Part shown: piece by piece, positions 1 through 8,908 of the stretch
Numbering within the stretch: position 1 is the stretch's first letter
Layout of the letters: each line of letters begins with the position of its first letter
Position numbers and translations under genes: made by a program
Source of the DNA: a virus
Reading direction: 5' to 3' (one strand)
IMG/VR virus record: IMGVR_UViG_3300035492_000012
Span: 1-39,727 of that record
DNA length: 39,727 bases
The notes under the pieces: generated by a model
Database searches by the model: none
What the model was told of the DNA's origin: nothing
The model's input: only the letters and a program-made list of their open reading frames with translations

Positions 1-127
1 TCACCAGCGGGCGGCTGGCCTCGTTCGTATAGTATCCTCCATCTAGGGCATTAGTCCACGGCTTAGGTGGACACACCATCGGGTTAGCTACAGTGTGCAG
101 CCACGGCAGCTTGTTCAGCAGCTCCAT
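1..127. repeat. Terminal overlap of the contig. It is identical to 39601..39727, which indicates circular closure.
   Basis: Base-for-base identity of the first and last 127 nt. The repeat lies inside one continuous minus-strand ORF (RNAP). Confidence 0.95.
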
Positions 128-781
128 TACTGGCTCGACGATACGGTACAGGATAAGCAGGCCCTGGGATGTGCGTGAGCGCACTTGCTCGATAGCGCCT
201 GCCCGCATCATAGCATCTACACCGTAGCTGCCCAGCTGGACTAACTCCGCAGATGTCAACTGCTCGCGGGCGTCCATCTTGAGGACGTGGTACACTACAC
301 GGTCCATAGTCCGCGCAATATGCCGCGCCGACTTCGTACCAGCACCTTTGAGGTATTGCTCTGTGCGCTCAACATACACCGGACTAACTGCAGCAGCTTG
401 CTGAACCAACGTCTCTTGCATGATGGCGCGGCCCAGGCCCAGGCACAGTCGCTGCGCTGTGGACTTAGAGGAGGGCATACTCACCAGTGTGGTGCTGAGC
501 ACCTGGCGGATTGTAAGCAGTGCCAGTGTATCTAGCGGCACCGCCTGCAACCACTTCTTGTACGTGGCGCGACGGCCACGGGACGGGGCTTCTACAACTT
601 CCTGCAGATACCCACGCACCTCAGCGAACATCCTGGCAACCAGTACATTCGCAGTAGGGATTGCATCGAGGTTGCCGGACTGTACTGCTTCGTTCAGGTC
701 TCGCACGGCTCGTGCGCGGGCGGTGGAGGTCAAGCTCCTCTCTCGTTTAATCTGCTCGTCAAGCAGTGTCTGGTCAACCAT
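1..781 (-). CDS. Single-subunit T7/phiKMV-type DNA-directed RNA polymerase, N-terminal part. The ORF continues across the junction into 37958..39727.
   Basis: The minus frame is open from ATG 781..779 (GAGGA 8 nt upstream) down to position 1. Residues read from 127 downward (MELLNKLPWLHTV...) equal the first residues of ORF 37958..39727. Adding 654 nt to 1770 nt gives one 807-aa ORF. Confidence 0.9.
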   Translation of the reverse strand, partial: MVDQTLLDEQIKRERSLTSTARARAVRDLNEAVQSGNLDAIPTANVLVARMFAEVRGYLQEVVEAPSRGRRATYKKWLQAVPLDTLALLTIRQVLSTTLVSMPSSKSTAQRLCLGLGRAIMQETLVQQAAAVSPVYVERTEQYLKGAGTKSARHIARTMDRVVYHVLKMDAREQLTSAELVQLGSYGVDAMMRAGAIEQVRSRTSQGLLILYRIVEPVMELLNKLPWLHTVANPMVCPPKPWTNALDGGYYTNEASRPLV

Positions 782-1005
782 TACAAATCCTCTGGGTCTG
801 GTAGCGCGGTGCCGTCTGGGTAGGCGTCGAAGAAGTCAGCCCGGATGTCCGCGTAGTCGTCCAGGTCCAGCTGACCAGCATCGAACGCCTCTGTGGCCCG
901 CTGCATTACGCGGCAGGCTCCTGGGATGTTGCCAGTGTCTATGTGGGCCTGCATGTCGTCGGACAGGCCCCGAAACACGGCCTTACATGGGAACTCAAGG
1001 GCCAT
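781..1005 (-). CDS. Hypothetical small acidic protein (74 aa)
   Basis: ORF with a D/E-rich C-terminal half. Its stop overlaps the RNAP start (TAATG). No motif recognised. Confidence 0.65.
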   Translation of the reverse strand: MALEFPCKAVFRGLSDDMQAHIDTGNIPGACRVMQRATEAFDAGQLDLDDYADIRADFFDAYPDGTALPDPEDL

Positions 1006-1270
1006 TTGGCCTCCTCGTAAGTTTGTTGTACAGAAAGTGGCTCGCCACTATACCGAGGCTACCACCCCACCCAGACATAAACACGAACCAATGAATCGGC
1101 AGCTCGCTATGAGCAATGATGTACGTGGTCGCTGTCTGGGTGAGGGTGATTCCCCAACTCGTGAAGAACGCTGCAGCCCAGCGGTCGTCCCGCATGATCT
1201 TGCTTTGCAGGCCGAGCAGTAGGACTGTGCCGAATGCGGCCCCGAAGGCCATGCAGGACTGAGCGATCAT
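995..1270 (-). CDS. Hypothetical membrane protein (91 aa, about 3 TM segments)
   Basis: Hydrophobic stretches AFGAAFGTVLLLGL, WAAAFFTSWGITL and WFVFMSGWGGSLGIVA. Its ATG overlaps the upstream stop (TAATG). Confidence 0.7.
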   Translation of the reverse strand: MIAQSCMAFGAAFGTVLLLGLQSKIMRDDRWAAAFFTSWGITLTQTATTYIIAHSELPIHWFVFMSGWGGSLGIVASHFLYNKLTRRPNGP

Positions 1271-1740
1271 TATGCCTCCGGGCGTTTCAGCAGAGCTTCC
1301 AGGTTCGGCATAGGCGTCGGGCGGTCGTCATTCAGTGTGCCAGCTGCCTCCGCATCCAGGATTATAGCGAGGCAGGCCATAGCGTGTCCTAGGTGGTGTA
1401 CCTTAGAATCGCTGGCCACCTGCTCACCACCGTCGAAGAATAGCGCCAAGTGTCGCTGGGCTGCGTCGATGTACACCGAGGTGCTTACACCCTTCTCGCG
1501 CCAGTTCGCGGCACCGTATTTCTTAGCGCCGTCTTCTAGGGCGGCATTCAGGGCAATCAGCGCAGCGGTAGGCGAGTACCGTAGGGCAACCTTCTTCGCG
1601 CCTTGAGCAGTCTTTGGGTTGCCGTCAGGGTATGGTTCTGGCGTGGGGGAGTCGCTGAAAGCATACGGACATTCGGGCTCAATTCTCCGCACAGTTGCCT
1701 TGCAAACACAACCTCTCGGATCGTTGCATTGCCAAGTCAT
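1270..1740 (-). CDS. Putative dATP/dGTP pyrophosphohydrolase-like protein (DUF5664-type domain) with a Cys-rich N-terminus
   Basis: The ORF track start at 1875 overlaps the upstream gene by 134 nt, whereas ATG 1740 sits 1 nt after that gene's stop. The core ALRYSPTAALIALNAALEDGAKKYGAANWREKG...RHL...HHLGHAMACL matches the family as I remember it. Confidence 0.6.
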   Translation of the reverse strand: MTWQCNDPRGCVCKATVRRIEPECPYAFSDSPTPEPYPDGNPKTAQGAKKVALRYSPTAALIALNAALEDGAKKYGAANWREKGVSTSVYIDAAQRHLALFFDGGEQVASDSKVHHLGHAMACLAIILDAEAAGTLNDDRPTPMPNLEALLKRPEA

Positions 1741-1741
1741 A

Positions 1742-2710
1742 TCAGTTCCCCAGTTGGGCCTTGCGCTGCGCAAGGGTGTTCTTAGTGTACCGGCCACGGC
1801 TCCAGCCGCCGCAGGATTTGCAGTGCATCTGCTCGTACTTACCGGCTTGTGTGAAGTGGTATCCATCGTGCTCAAGCTCCTCAGAGCCGCACTTAGGACA
1901 GGCCGGAACCTCGCTTTCGCGGTAGATTGCGACGTTCGGATGGCCCACGTACCACGGGCGCAGTCGCAGGTACAGCTCTTCCATCGACACCACGTCGTCG
2001 ATGTTGTACAGCCGCATCTCCTCCCAGGCTTCCAGGTTGCCGCGTAGGCACTCGCGCCACAGATCGTAACCTGGGAACTTAGAGTGCTTGCGCTTCTTCG
2101 TGGTACACAGCACGTCCGTCAGGTGCTCCAGCTTGTTCGACGTGAACGCGAACGACTGGCGGGCCATCAGGAGGGTGTCGATAACCTTGAAGGGACGCGG
2201 CGGCAGATAGCCCTGCACGATAAACCGTGTCTGAATCTTCGGCACATCGAATCGCTTGCCGTTCTGGGCAATCACCATGTCAGCGTCGTTCAGCAGGTTG
2301 TACAGCATCTCAACCAGCTTACTGTCGTCCAGCTCAGCGCACTCACGGAGGTCGTGGTACTGCACCTCTGAGTCGCCCAACCACTTCGCACAGAAGCTCA
2401 GGATCAGCCAGTCTCGCTGGATTTGATTCAGGCCCACGTTCTGCTGCCACAGTCCCCAGACCGCCGCCTCGATAGGCGCTGTCTCGATGTCAAGCAGAAG
2501 GATGCGTGGGCCATCTGGCTGCACCACCTCCTTGCCAAGCAAGCCTAGCTTGCGGCACCAGCGGTACATGAGCTGACGAGATACTTCACCACGACCAAGG
2601 TCCCCGAGCAGGAAGCCTGCGGTAGGGATGTGGCCTTTGGCTTGCGTGTACGCAGCCTCAATCTCAGCCTTACTGAATTGGTGGATTCGTTTCGGATGGT
2701 ATCCGGGCAT
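1742..2710 (-). CDS. DnaQ/RNase H-fold 3'-5' exonuclease with a C-terminal zinc ribbon
   Basis: Exo motifs LLLDIETAP, NGKRFDVPK and YNIDDVVSM. C-terminal CPKCGS...CKSCGG. Confidence 0.8.
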   Translation of the reverse strand: MPGYHPKRIHQFSKAEIEAAYTQAKGHIPTAGFLLGDLGRGEVSRQLMYRWCRKLGLLGKEVVQPDGPRILLLDIETAPIEAAVWGLWQQNVGLNQIQRDWLILSFCAKWLGDSEVQYHDLRECAELDDSKLVEMLYNLLNDADMVIAQNGKRFDVPKIQTRFIVQGYLPPRPFKVIDTLLMARQSFAFTSNKLEHLTDVLCTTKKRKHSKFPGYDLWRECLRGNLEAWEEMRLYNIDDVVSMEELYLRLRPWYVGHPNVAIYRESEVPACPKCGSEELEHDGYHFTQAGKYEQMHCKSCGGWSRGRYTKNTLAQRKAQLGN

Positions 2711-3138
2711 TAGGACTCCTGCTTTGGCATTGACCGAACAGCTTTATGGGCACGGGTAGCAGCGCGGGCTTGCCGTTGCTTCTGGTTCCGGGCCAATCGT
2801 TTCTCTTCTTCGGTCTTGTGTGTGGGATACATCAGTCCCGTACCTTGTGATTCCAGATACGCGACCAAGTTCTTCAACCAGGGCACGATGGCCCCGTAGG
2901 ACATGCTCTTAGCACCCCACCGGCCAGCTGCATTAGCGACCTTGCCCTCTGCTGCGTTACAGGAGCGATGCAGCACACCGCGAATCTCGCCGGTATCGTG
3001 GTCGTGGTCTACCACAGCCTCTCTGGGGATGCTCATATCAATTGGCGCATCACAGAGCGGGCATCGCCCACCCTGCTTTGCCAGTTGCTGCGCAGTGAAT
3101 GGCCGCAGCTGAGTTCGTGCTAGCTTACGCATCTGCAA
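2710..3138 (-). CDS. Recombination endonuclease VII
   Basis: CPLCDAP...VVDHDHDTGEIRGVLHRSCNAAEGK is the classic Endonuclease_7 signature. Confidence 0.9.
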   Translation of the reverse strand: MQMRKLARTQLRPFTAQQLAKQGGRCPLCDAPIDMSIPREAVVDHDHDTGEIRGVLHRSCNAAEGKVANAAGRWGAKSMSYGAIVPWLKNLVAYLESQGTGLMYPTHKTEEEKRLARNQKQRQARAATRAHKAVRSMPKQES

Positions 3139-4069
3139 TCTCCAACCCGGCCTTCTTGTGCGCCAGGACTTTCAGATGGTACTCGTGCAGGGAATCCACC
3201 CATGCCCGTAACTTCGGGTCAAGGTCCAGCTCGCACAGGTACTTGTACGCGCAGTCGTCTTCGGATCGCCGCATCCATAGCACCTGCGCCTCAGCCAGCA
3301 CGTCTTGCTTGTGCTTGGCGTAGGCGTGGATAATGCGATTAGCGGCTTCACTCTCGTCGCAGATAGGACCGAGGAACTCCAGCGTCCCAGCCTCCGCAAT
3401 GAGCTTGCCGTCCAGACGGTCTAGGCCACGGATGTTATCCGCCGTGTCCCCCATGAGCATCTGTGCCCAGAAGAACTTGGTGCCGTGGCCCTTCACCTTG
3501 AGCTTCTGGCTCTCAGTGTACCCGTCCTTGATCCAGCCGAAGCGATCCTGTAGCACGTCGATCTGCCCGGTAGCCGTCTCGTAGTACGGGGTAGACGCAA
3601 TGCGCAAGTCCTTGTCGTCCGACTTGATGACCGAACTATTGCCGAACACCTGCCCACGCATCACAAGGCCGTCATCCGCCTCCCAGAAGCGATGTACGAT
3701 AATCTCTACCCCATCAGGCAGAGGCTCTGTACCGGCCTCCAGAAGCTGCCGTAGCGGCTCCAGCAGGGCTGGTTTGGCCTTGTTCTTGCGGTTGCCTTGG
3801 TAGGGCTTCCACGTAGGGTACAAATCCCGATAAGCCTTGAATCCTCCAGACGCCGTGAGGTGTACCTCTGCTGTCTCGGATTGCGTTAGGAACTTGTCCG
3901 TCAGCACCTCCTGCAGAAAGCGGCGGTACACCGTAGGCAGGGTCTTAGCAGTGGCAGCGGCGCGATAGGCCGCGCCGTCACCGTCCAGCAGGAGAATTCG
4001 ACCGGGCTTTGCGTTCTCAAACAACGGCGCAACATCTTCGTCAAGCCGTATACCGAGAATCTCGCGCAC
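3125..4069 (-). CDS. 5'-3' exonuclease (FEN / T7 gp6-like)
   Basis: LLLDGDGAAYRAA, WEADDGLV and the H3TH-like GDTADNIRGL. Confidence 0.85.
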   Translation of the reverse strand: MREILGIRLDEDVAPLFENAKPGRILLLDGDGAAYRAAATAKTLPTVYRRFLQEVLTDKFLTQSETAEVHLTASGGFKAYRDLYPTWKPYQGNRKNKAKPALLEPLRQLLEAGTEPLPDGVEIIVHRFWEADDGLVMRGQVFGNSSVIKSDDKDLRIASTPYYETATGQIDVLQDRFGWIKDGYTESQKLKVKGHGTKFFWAQMLMGDTADNIRGLDRLDGKLIAEAGTLEFLGPICDESEAANRIIHAYAKHKQDVLAEAQVLWMRRSEDDCAYKYLCELDLDPKLRAWVDSLHEYHLKVLAHKKAGLEIADA

Positions 4070-4992
4070 TACACTACCGGAGGCGGCGGCATCGACGGCA
4101 GGTCGGCACCGGGCGCATCAGGTTCAAACGGCAGATCGGCGGGTGTGTCAGCTACTGCCGGAGCAGCCGGAGCTTCTGCAGCTGGAGCAGTTTGCGGAGC
4201 ACTAACCGCAGCTGGCGCAGCCGGTTGTTCCAGCTGTTGCTGCAGCTCCTCGGGCTTGGGCAAACCGCCACCACTCAGGAGAGCTTGTAGCGGACTGCCC
4301 TCAAAGTCCACGGCAGACAGGCACTTCTCTTGCAGCCAGTTCTTGCTCTTGCCTTCGTCGTTCTTGCCTTCTATGAACAGGCTATCCCAGGTCTCTTTGG
4401 TCGGCTTGTTCCACAGGAACAGCTTGTACAGATCGTCCGGCGCTTCCGGGATTTTGTACGGCTGGCCGCTCATGTTGTCGAACGGCGGCAGCGTCTCATC
4501 CAGCTTCAAGCGGTTACGAGGACCGCCTTTGGCCTTGAGGTTCACGTCGATGCGCAGCAGGAACGGCTTACCGAGGAACTGGTAGAACTGCTTGGCCTTG
4601 CCATCGTAGTTCATCTTGTCGAACGCCTTCTTCGCTGCCGCTTTCTCATTGTTTGAGATGCGGAGGTCGAAGGTGCGAATGATGCCCGGAGAGCCGTCTT
4701 CGTTCGCGTAGTTCTGCTGCGCACCTGGAGTCGGCTCTTGTCCAGGCACCAGGTTCGCCTTACCCCAGATCGCAAAGCCCAGGCGGAAGTTCATGGCCGG
4801 AGCCTTAACCTTACCTTCGTACTCGTCCGGGTGATGGCCGAACTCGATGTACTCCACCAGTCTTGCGAAGGCATAACCGCGCTCATACAACCGCGCCCCT
4901 CCACCGCCGGTACTGGTGTCGCTCATATCAATGGCTTCCTGATCCACCGCTTCTTGGATCAGGGCTTGGTACTTCTTCAACGCATCACTCAT
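4069..4992 (-). CDS. Conserved phiKMV-group DNA-metabolism protein, possibly a single-stranded DNA-binding protein
   Basis: 307-aa ORF between the polymerase and exonuclease genes. It has a long Pro/Ala-rich C-terminal linker ending in the acidic ADLPFEPD...ADLP, which resembles SSB C-terminal tips. The function is inferred. Confidence 0.5.
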   Translation of the reverse strand: MSDALKKYQALIQEAVDQEAIDMSDTSTGGGGARLYERGYAFARLVEYIEFGHHPDEYEGKVKAPAMNFRLGFAIWGKANLVPGQEPTPGAQQNYANEDGSPGIIRTFDLRISNNEKAAAKKAFDKMNYDGKAKQFYQFLGKPFLLRIDVNLKAKGGPRNRLKLDETLPPFDNMSGQPYKIPEAPDDLYKLFLWNKPTKETWDSLFIEGKNDEGKSKNWLQEKCLSAVDFEGSPLQALLSGGGLPKPEELQQQLEQPAAPAAVSAPQTAPAAEAPAAPAVADTPADLPFEPDAPGADLPSMPPPPVV

Positions 4993-7318
4993 TTACCACC
5001 TCACTTTTCTCATACATACTGGGACCGGCCTCCACAACTGCGGGGAACGGTACATCTGCGATGTCGTAGCCAAGCCGCGACATATACTTCGGCGTGTCCT
5101 CAAAGACAGCCTTCACGGGCAGAGCTACCTGATCCAACACAGACTTGTGAACGTCCAGGTAGAGTGCATCGTGTACATGGTTCGTCAGGAAGGCACGGCC
5201 CAGCGGGAATGCCTCGTTGACGAAGAAGTTCTTGCTCAGCAGCCAGCGCATGACGCGGCCTGCTGTGATCGTCATCAGGAAGCCAGCCTCACCCTGGCAC
5301 CAGTAGTTCGCAATCTGGGTAGGCTTATAGTCCATAATCAGCTCGCCGCCACGGCGCTGAGGGTACTCTCGGAACGAGTAGCATGTGCCGCCGGGAGCTT
5401 GGTAGTACCCGCGATGGTACACAGACCAGCGGCCATCGTCTGTCTGCTCGCGGCACAGGTTCTTCTCGCCCGTCTTGCACACGGCGTCGTACACCACATC
5501 ACGGAACGCAATACTTGCCGGGAACAGCGCCGCTTCGTTCTCCAGGAACTCAGCAGCCTCGTCCAGCGTACAGCCTGTGGCATACGCAATGCCACGAGCA
5601 GTCGCTCCGTACTGCGCAGCAAAGGCACGCGGCTTGATGTTCGTTCTGGCTTCTTTGACAACCTTGTGCATCGGGTGCTGCTTGTCATGCAAGATGGCCA
5701 GCAGCGCATCGTAGTCGTGTCCCTGCCAGTCATTGCGCTTACCGGCCAGTCGGTACAGGTGCATGTCAGTACCGTCGAGCAGCTTGTCCAGCAGGTTCTG
5801 GTCCTTGGACAGTGAAGCCAACATCACGACTTCCAGCGCCGTGTAATCGCACTCGACAATTACACCATCCTCGCCAAAGCGAGAGGTGAACATCTGCTTC
5901 ACGCGGCTGGTCCCATCTCTCGGCAGGTTCTGCAGGTTCGGGTCCGATGATGACAGACGGGCGGTCACTGTAGCTGTGATGTTCAGGTTGTGGTGGATAA
6001 TGCCGTCAGCACCAACGTACTGGAGCATCCCCTTCGTTTCCTTGATGTTCCCGTCTTTATCGTACTCATGCTTCCGATAGTACGTGCCGATGTCCTTGGC
6101 CAGGGCAGCACGGCGGCGCAGCAGATCAGCTGACTCAAACCCTTGTGTAGCCAGCAGTTCCAATACCTCGCCAGAGGTGCTGTACACGGGGCTGCCATCC
6201 ACCAGGGTCAGCTTGGATACCCAGTCGCCCTTGTCCTTGTGGAAGTTCTCCTGAATCAGCACAGGTAGGTCGGAGATTTTGATCAGGCCAGGAAACTGGA
6301 ACACGGCCTCACCCCACTTTAACTTCTCCTCGGCTGTGTCCAGGCGATGCACCTTCGGCAGCCCCTTGTTCTTACCGGACTTGTACTTGTCGCAGTCGCC
6401 GTGTGCAAGCACCGCAGCCTGGAATTGCTCAGCAGTCTGCACCTCAGATACTGGCAGGAACTTATCACCGAATGAGTAGTAGTCGGCCTTGACGTACTGC
6501 TTCGGCTCGTAAGGAACCTTCACCTTGTACTTGATCGGCCCTCCGTAGATGAAAGCCGAGACCATGTGCAGGCTACCCCAGTTGAACTCAAAGGTCTCGG
6601 GCAGCTCTGGTAGAAGGTCGCTGACTTGTGCCTCGATACCCTCCAGCTCTGCAGTATGCTCTGCTAGGTTACGCTCGGCAACTTCCAGGTTCACGTACAT
6701 ACCCGCCCACTCACACAGGCTGTACGCCGTCATACCCTCACAGCGCTCCAAGTACATATTGAACATACCGGCACGCTGCAGCATACTCCGCTGGCCGAAG
6801 AACACTTTCGCAGTGTTCTCGATGTCGCCACCGGGGCCAGCAAGGTACTCTCGCAGCAAGTCTCGGTCAATCTGCGAGGTCAGGTAGCCCTGCTCCCAGA
6901 GCACCTTCACCCCATCAACCTTCTGGGTGCCGCCGTACTTAGGCGCAGTCTCGTCCAGGCTGGGATACAGGTTTGTCTGGTGGCTCAGCAGGTACTCGGC
7001 CAATTGGGTGCACAGCACCCGGCCACCCCGCTGCATGAACTTCACGAACTCGTCGCGGTAGCGGGTCAGGAACCAGCTGTTCTCAAACATGGCGTTGTGT
7101 GCCACGAGGAACTGCACACCGTCCAAGTTGAACCAAGGTTCGGACTCAGCCTGCTCACGGGAGTCAAACTCTACGCAGGGCATCCCACCCAGCTTCTGAC
7201 CGGCCCAGTCGTAATCCTGCCACGCAGCCATGACGATGTAGTTCTGCTCGCAGTGCGGGCTGGCCTTGGCCCCCAGGTACTCGTGGTTCTCCGTTTCAAG
7301 GTCGATGACCCGGATCAT
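4985..7318 (-). CDS. Family A DNA polymerase with a 3'-5' exonuclease domain
   Basis: MIRVIDLETE (ExoI), CDYTALEVVMLA (motif A), KPRAFAAQYGA (motif B) and HVHDALYLD (motif C). The start is set at ATG 7318 (ATGA overlap with the upstream stop) rather than the ORF track start at 7372. Confidence 0.95.
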   Translation of the reverse strand: MIRVIDLETENHEYLGAKASPHCEQNYIVMAAWQDYDWAGQKLGGMPCVEFDSREQAESEPWFNLDGVQFLVAHNAMFENSWFLTRYRDEFVKFMQRGGRVLCTQLAEYLLSHQTNLYPSLDETAPKYGGTQKVDGVKVLWEQGYLTSQIDRDLLREYLAGPGGDIENTAKVFFGQRSMLQRAGMFNMYLERCEGMTAYSLCEWAGMYVNLEVAERNLAEHTAELEGIEAQVSDLLPELPETFEFNWGSLHMVSAFIYGGPIKYKVKVPYEPKQYVKADYYSFGDKFLPVSEVQTAEQFQAAVLAHGDCDKYKSGKNKGLPKVHRLDTAEEKLKWGEAVFQFPGLIKISDLPVLIQENFHKDKGDWVSKLTLVDGSPVYSTSGEVLELLATQGFESADLLRRRAALAKDIGTYYRKHEYDKDGNIKETKGMLQYVGADGIIHHNLNITATVTARLSSSDPNLQNLPRDGTSRVKQMFTSRFGEDGVIVECDYTALEVVMLASLSKDQNLLDKLLDGTDMHLYRLAGKRNDWQGHDYDALLAILHDKQHPMHKVVKEARTNIKPRAFAAQYGATARGIAYATGCTLDEAAEFLENEAALFPASIAFRDVVYDAVCKTGEKNLCREQTDDGRWSVYHRGYYQAPGGTCYSFREYPQRRGGELIMDYKPTQIANYWCQGEAGFLMTITAGRVMRWLLSKNFFVNEAFPLGRAFLTNHVHDALYLDVHKSVLDQVALPVKAVFEDTPKYMSRLGYDIADVPFPAVVEAGPSMYEKSEVVNE

Positions 7319-7521
7319 CAGTAGGCTCCCCAGTAGAAGTAGATACGGCCCATGCTCAGGTTCGTACCACAACCCAGCCGATTAAGCTGTGGCCATGTCC
7401 AACGGATGCCTTTGTTATGGCCCCAACCGAAAGTCACGAACTGGTCCCGAACGCGGAAGTTCACGCCTAACAGACTAAGGTATCGGCCCTTCGGGCCGTG
7501 CGTGTAAATCTTCTCGATCAT
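7318..7521 (-). CDS. Hypothetical protein (67 aa)
   Basis: ATG 7521 overlaps the ligase stop (ATGA), and its own stop overlaps the polymerase start (ATGA). This suggests a translationally coupled chain. Confidence 0.55.
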   Translation of the reverse strand: MIEKIYTHGPKGRYLSLLGVNFRVRDQFVTFGWGHNKGIRWTWPQLNRLGCGTNLSMGRIYFYWGAY

Positions 7522-8450
7522 GCTTTTACTCCCGGCGCATAGTCCAGATCGCGCCAACGCTTGAACTTAGGATGGCGTAGCTTGCCGGAGGCGGTAGGTT
7601 CCATCGCAGAGACCTCACAGTAGCGACCAATACAGTCTAGGTTGTGGCTGGTGTACTTCTCCATATCAAACTTAGTGAGGCCGGTGGCGTTCACGGTCTC
7701 CCCGTTCTCCAGCTTCACCTGAAAGCCAACAACTTTACCATCATTGGCCTTGCCAGTCTCGCCCCAGACGTAGCCGACCACTTTACCGTCCACCGTGATG
7801 CTCGGCTTGTACTTCCACCAACCAGAGACCTTGCCGCTCTTGTACGGGATGTCAGGCGCTTTCACCACCAGCCCCTCAAACCCACGGTCGCGGGCAGCAG
7901 CGTACATAGTCTCGACCTCCGCCAGCGAGGTGCAGCGCACACGGCCCTCTCCGCATACAAGTCGATCTGTAGTCCACACCGGCAACAGGTTGCTCGTAGG
8001 TAGACGATTGTGCAGCACCCGCCCGCTAGGCTTTTGCTGCAACATCTCTGCTGTATACACCATATCGAACACCACGAACTGTACAGCAGCGTCTTCGGGC
8101 AGCGGTGCGTGCGCTCGTAGCAGCCCGGACATCGTGTCGAAGTCCATGCCCCGGATGTGAACCTCAGCATCTAGGCAAAGGTTCACGTCATACGGCTCCA
8201 GCAGTGTGCTCATCAGCTCACGGTACAGGCGGTCGTGGAAGCTATGGAGCGCTTGGATTTCAATACCCTCGCGGGTCGTGATGCTCACGCTTCCCAGTTC
8301 GTTGCCAAGGCGGATCAGGCAACGGAAGCCATCAACCTTGATCCCAGCCCAGACGTAGCCGCAGCGGTCGATGACCTTCTGCACAGCCTTGGGGTTCCAG
8401 TCCACAGCGCTGTGTGGTTTCGGGTGCCATACCCGTTCGGACTTAGCCAC
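7518..8450 (-). CDS. ATP-dependent DNA ligase
   Basis: Motif I AGIKVDGFR, EGLVVK and WWKYKP. Confidence 0.9.
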   Translation of the reverse strand: MAKSERVWHPKPHSAVDWNPKAVQKVIDRCGYVWAGIKVDGFRCLIRLGNELGSVSITTREGIEIQALHSFHDRLYRELMSTLLEPYDVNLCLDAEVHIRGMDFDTMSGLLRAHAPLPEDAAVQFVVFDMVYTAEMLQQKPSGRVLHNRLPTSNLLPVWTTDRLVCGEGRVRCTSLAEVETMYAAARDRGFEGLVVKAPDIPYKSGKVSGWWKYKPSITVDGKVVGYVWGETGKANDGKVVGFQVKLENGETVNATGLTKFDMEKYTSHNLDCIGRYCEVSAMEPTASGKLRHPKFKRWRDLDYAPGVKA

Positions 8451-8907
8451 GGATCATCGCCTCTTTAACCGCAATAAGGCGAGCGTTGAATTGTTCTGCG
8501 TCTGCTTTGTACTTGGCTACTTGCTGTTCCAGATCAGCGCAGCGACGGCGCATGGCCTTGTACTCTCGGTAGACTTCTGGGTGCCCTTCGTCCGCCAGCT
8601 TTTGAATAGCTCGCAGTGCTGCCTCCAGACCTGTCGGTGCGAAGTCTGTCCAGTTCGAGAATATCTGGCTGAGCTTATTCGCCACAGCGGCCCACGCATG
8701 GGCACACTGCTCTTGCGAGGAGTTTGTTTTGCGATAACCGAGCCGCGCCAGTGCCTCTTGGGTGGCCTTGTCCTGCAAATCTACAACGGTGGTACTCAGG
8801 TGCTGCACCTGTGGACCGATACCTGGAACGTCAGTGCGCAGCTCAGTTCTGACGGCGAACCGCTCGGAACCAGCCACGTAAGTCTTAACCTTAACTTCGG
8901 ATTTCAT
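8443..8907 (-). CDS. Hypothetical protein (154 aa)
   Basis: Coding-like ORF. ATG 8907 has GGAG 6 nt upstream and lies just after the helicase stop. The ORF track start is 8919. Confidence 0.75.
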   Translation of the reverse strand: MKSEVKVKTYVAGSERFAVRTELRTDVPGIGPQVQHLSTTVVDLQDKATQEALARLGYRKTNSSQEQCAHAWAAVANKLSQIFSNWTDFAPTGLEAALRAIQKLADEGHPEVYREYKAMRRRCADLEQQVAKYKADAEQFNARLIAVKEAMIRG

Positions 8908-8908
8908 A

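Noticed and set aside
1741-1875. 45-codon N-terminal extension of the DUF5664-like ORF
   Set aside because: It overlaps the 3' end of the exonuclease gene by 134 nt, whereas ATG 1740 sits right after that gene's stop.
7319-7372. 18-codon N-terminal extension of the DNA polymerase ORF
   Set aside because: ATG 7318 gives the canonical MIRVIDLETE exonuclease start and an ATGA overlap with the upstream gene. The extension would overlap that gene.
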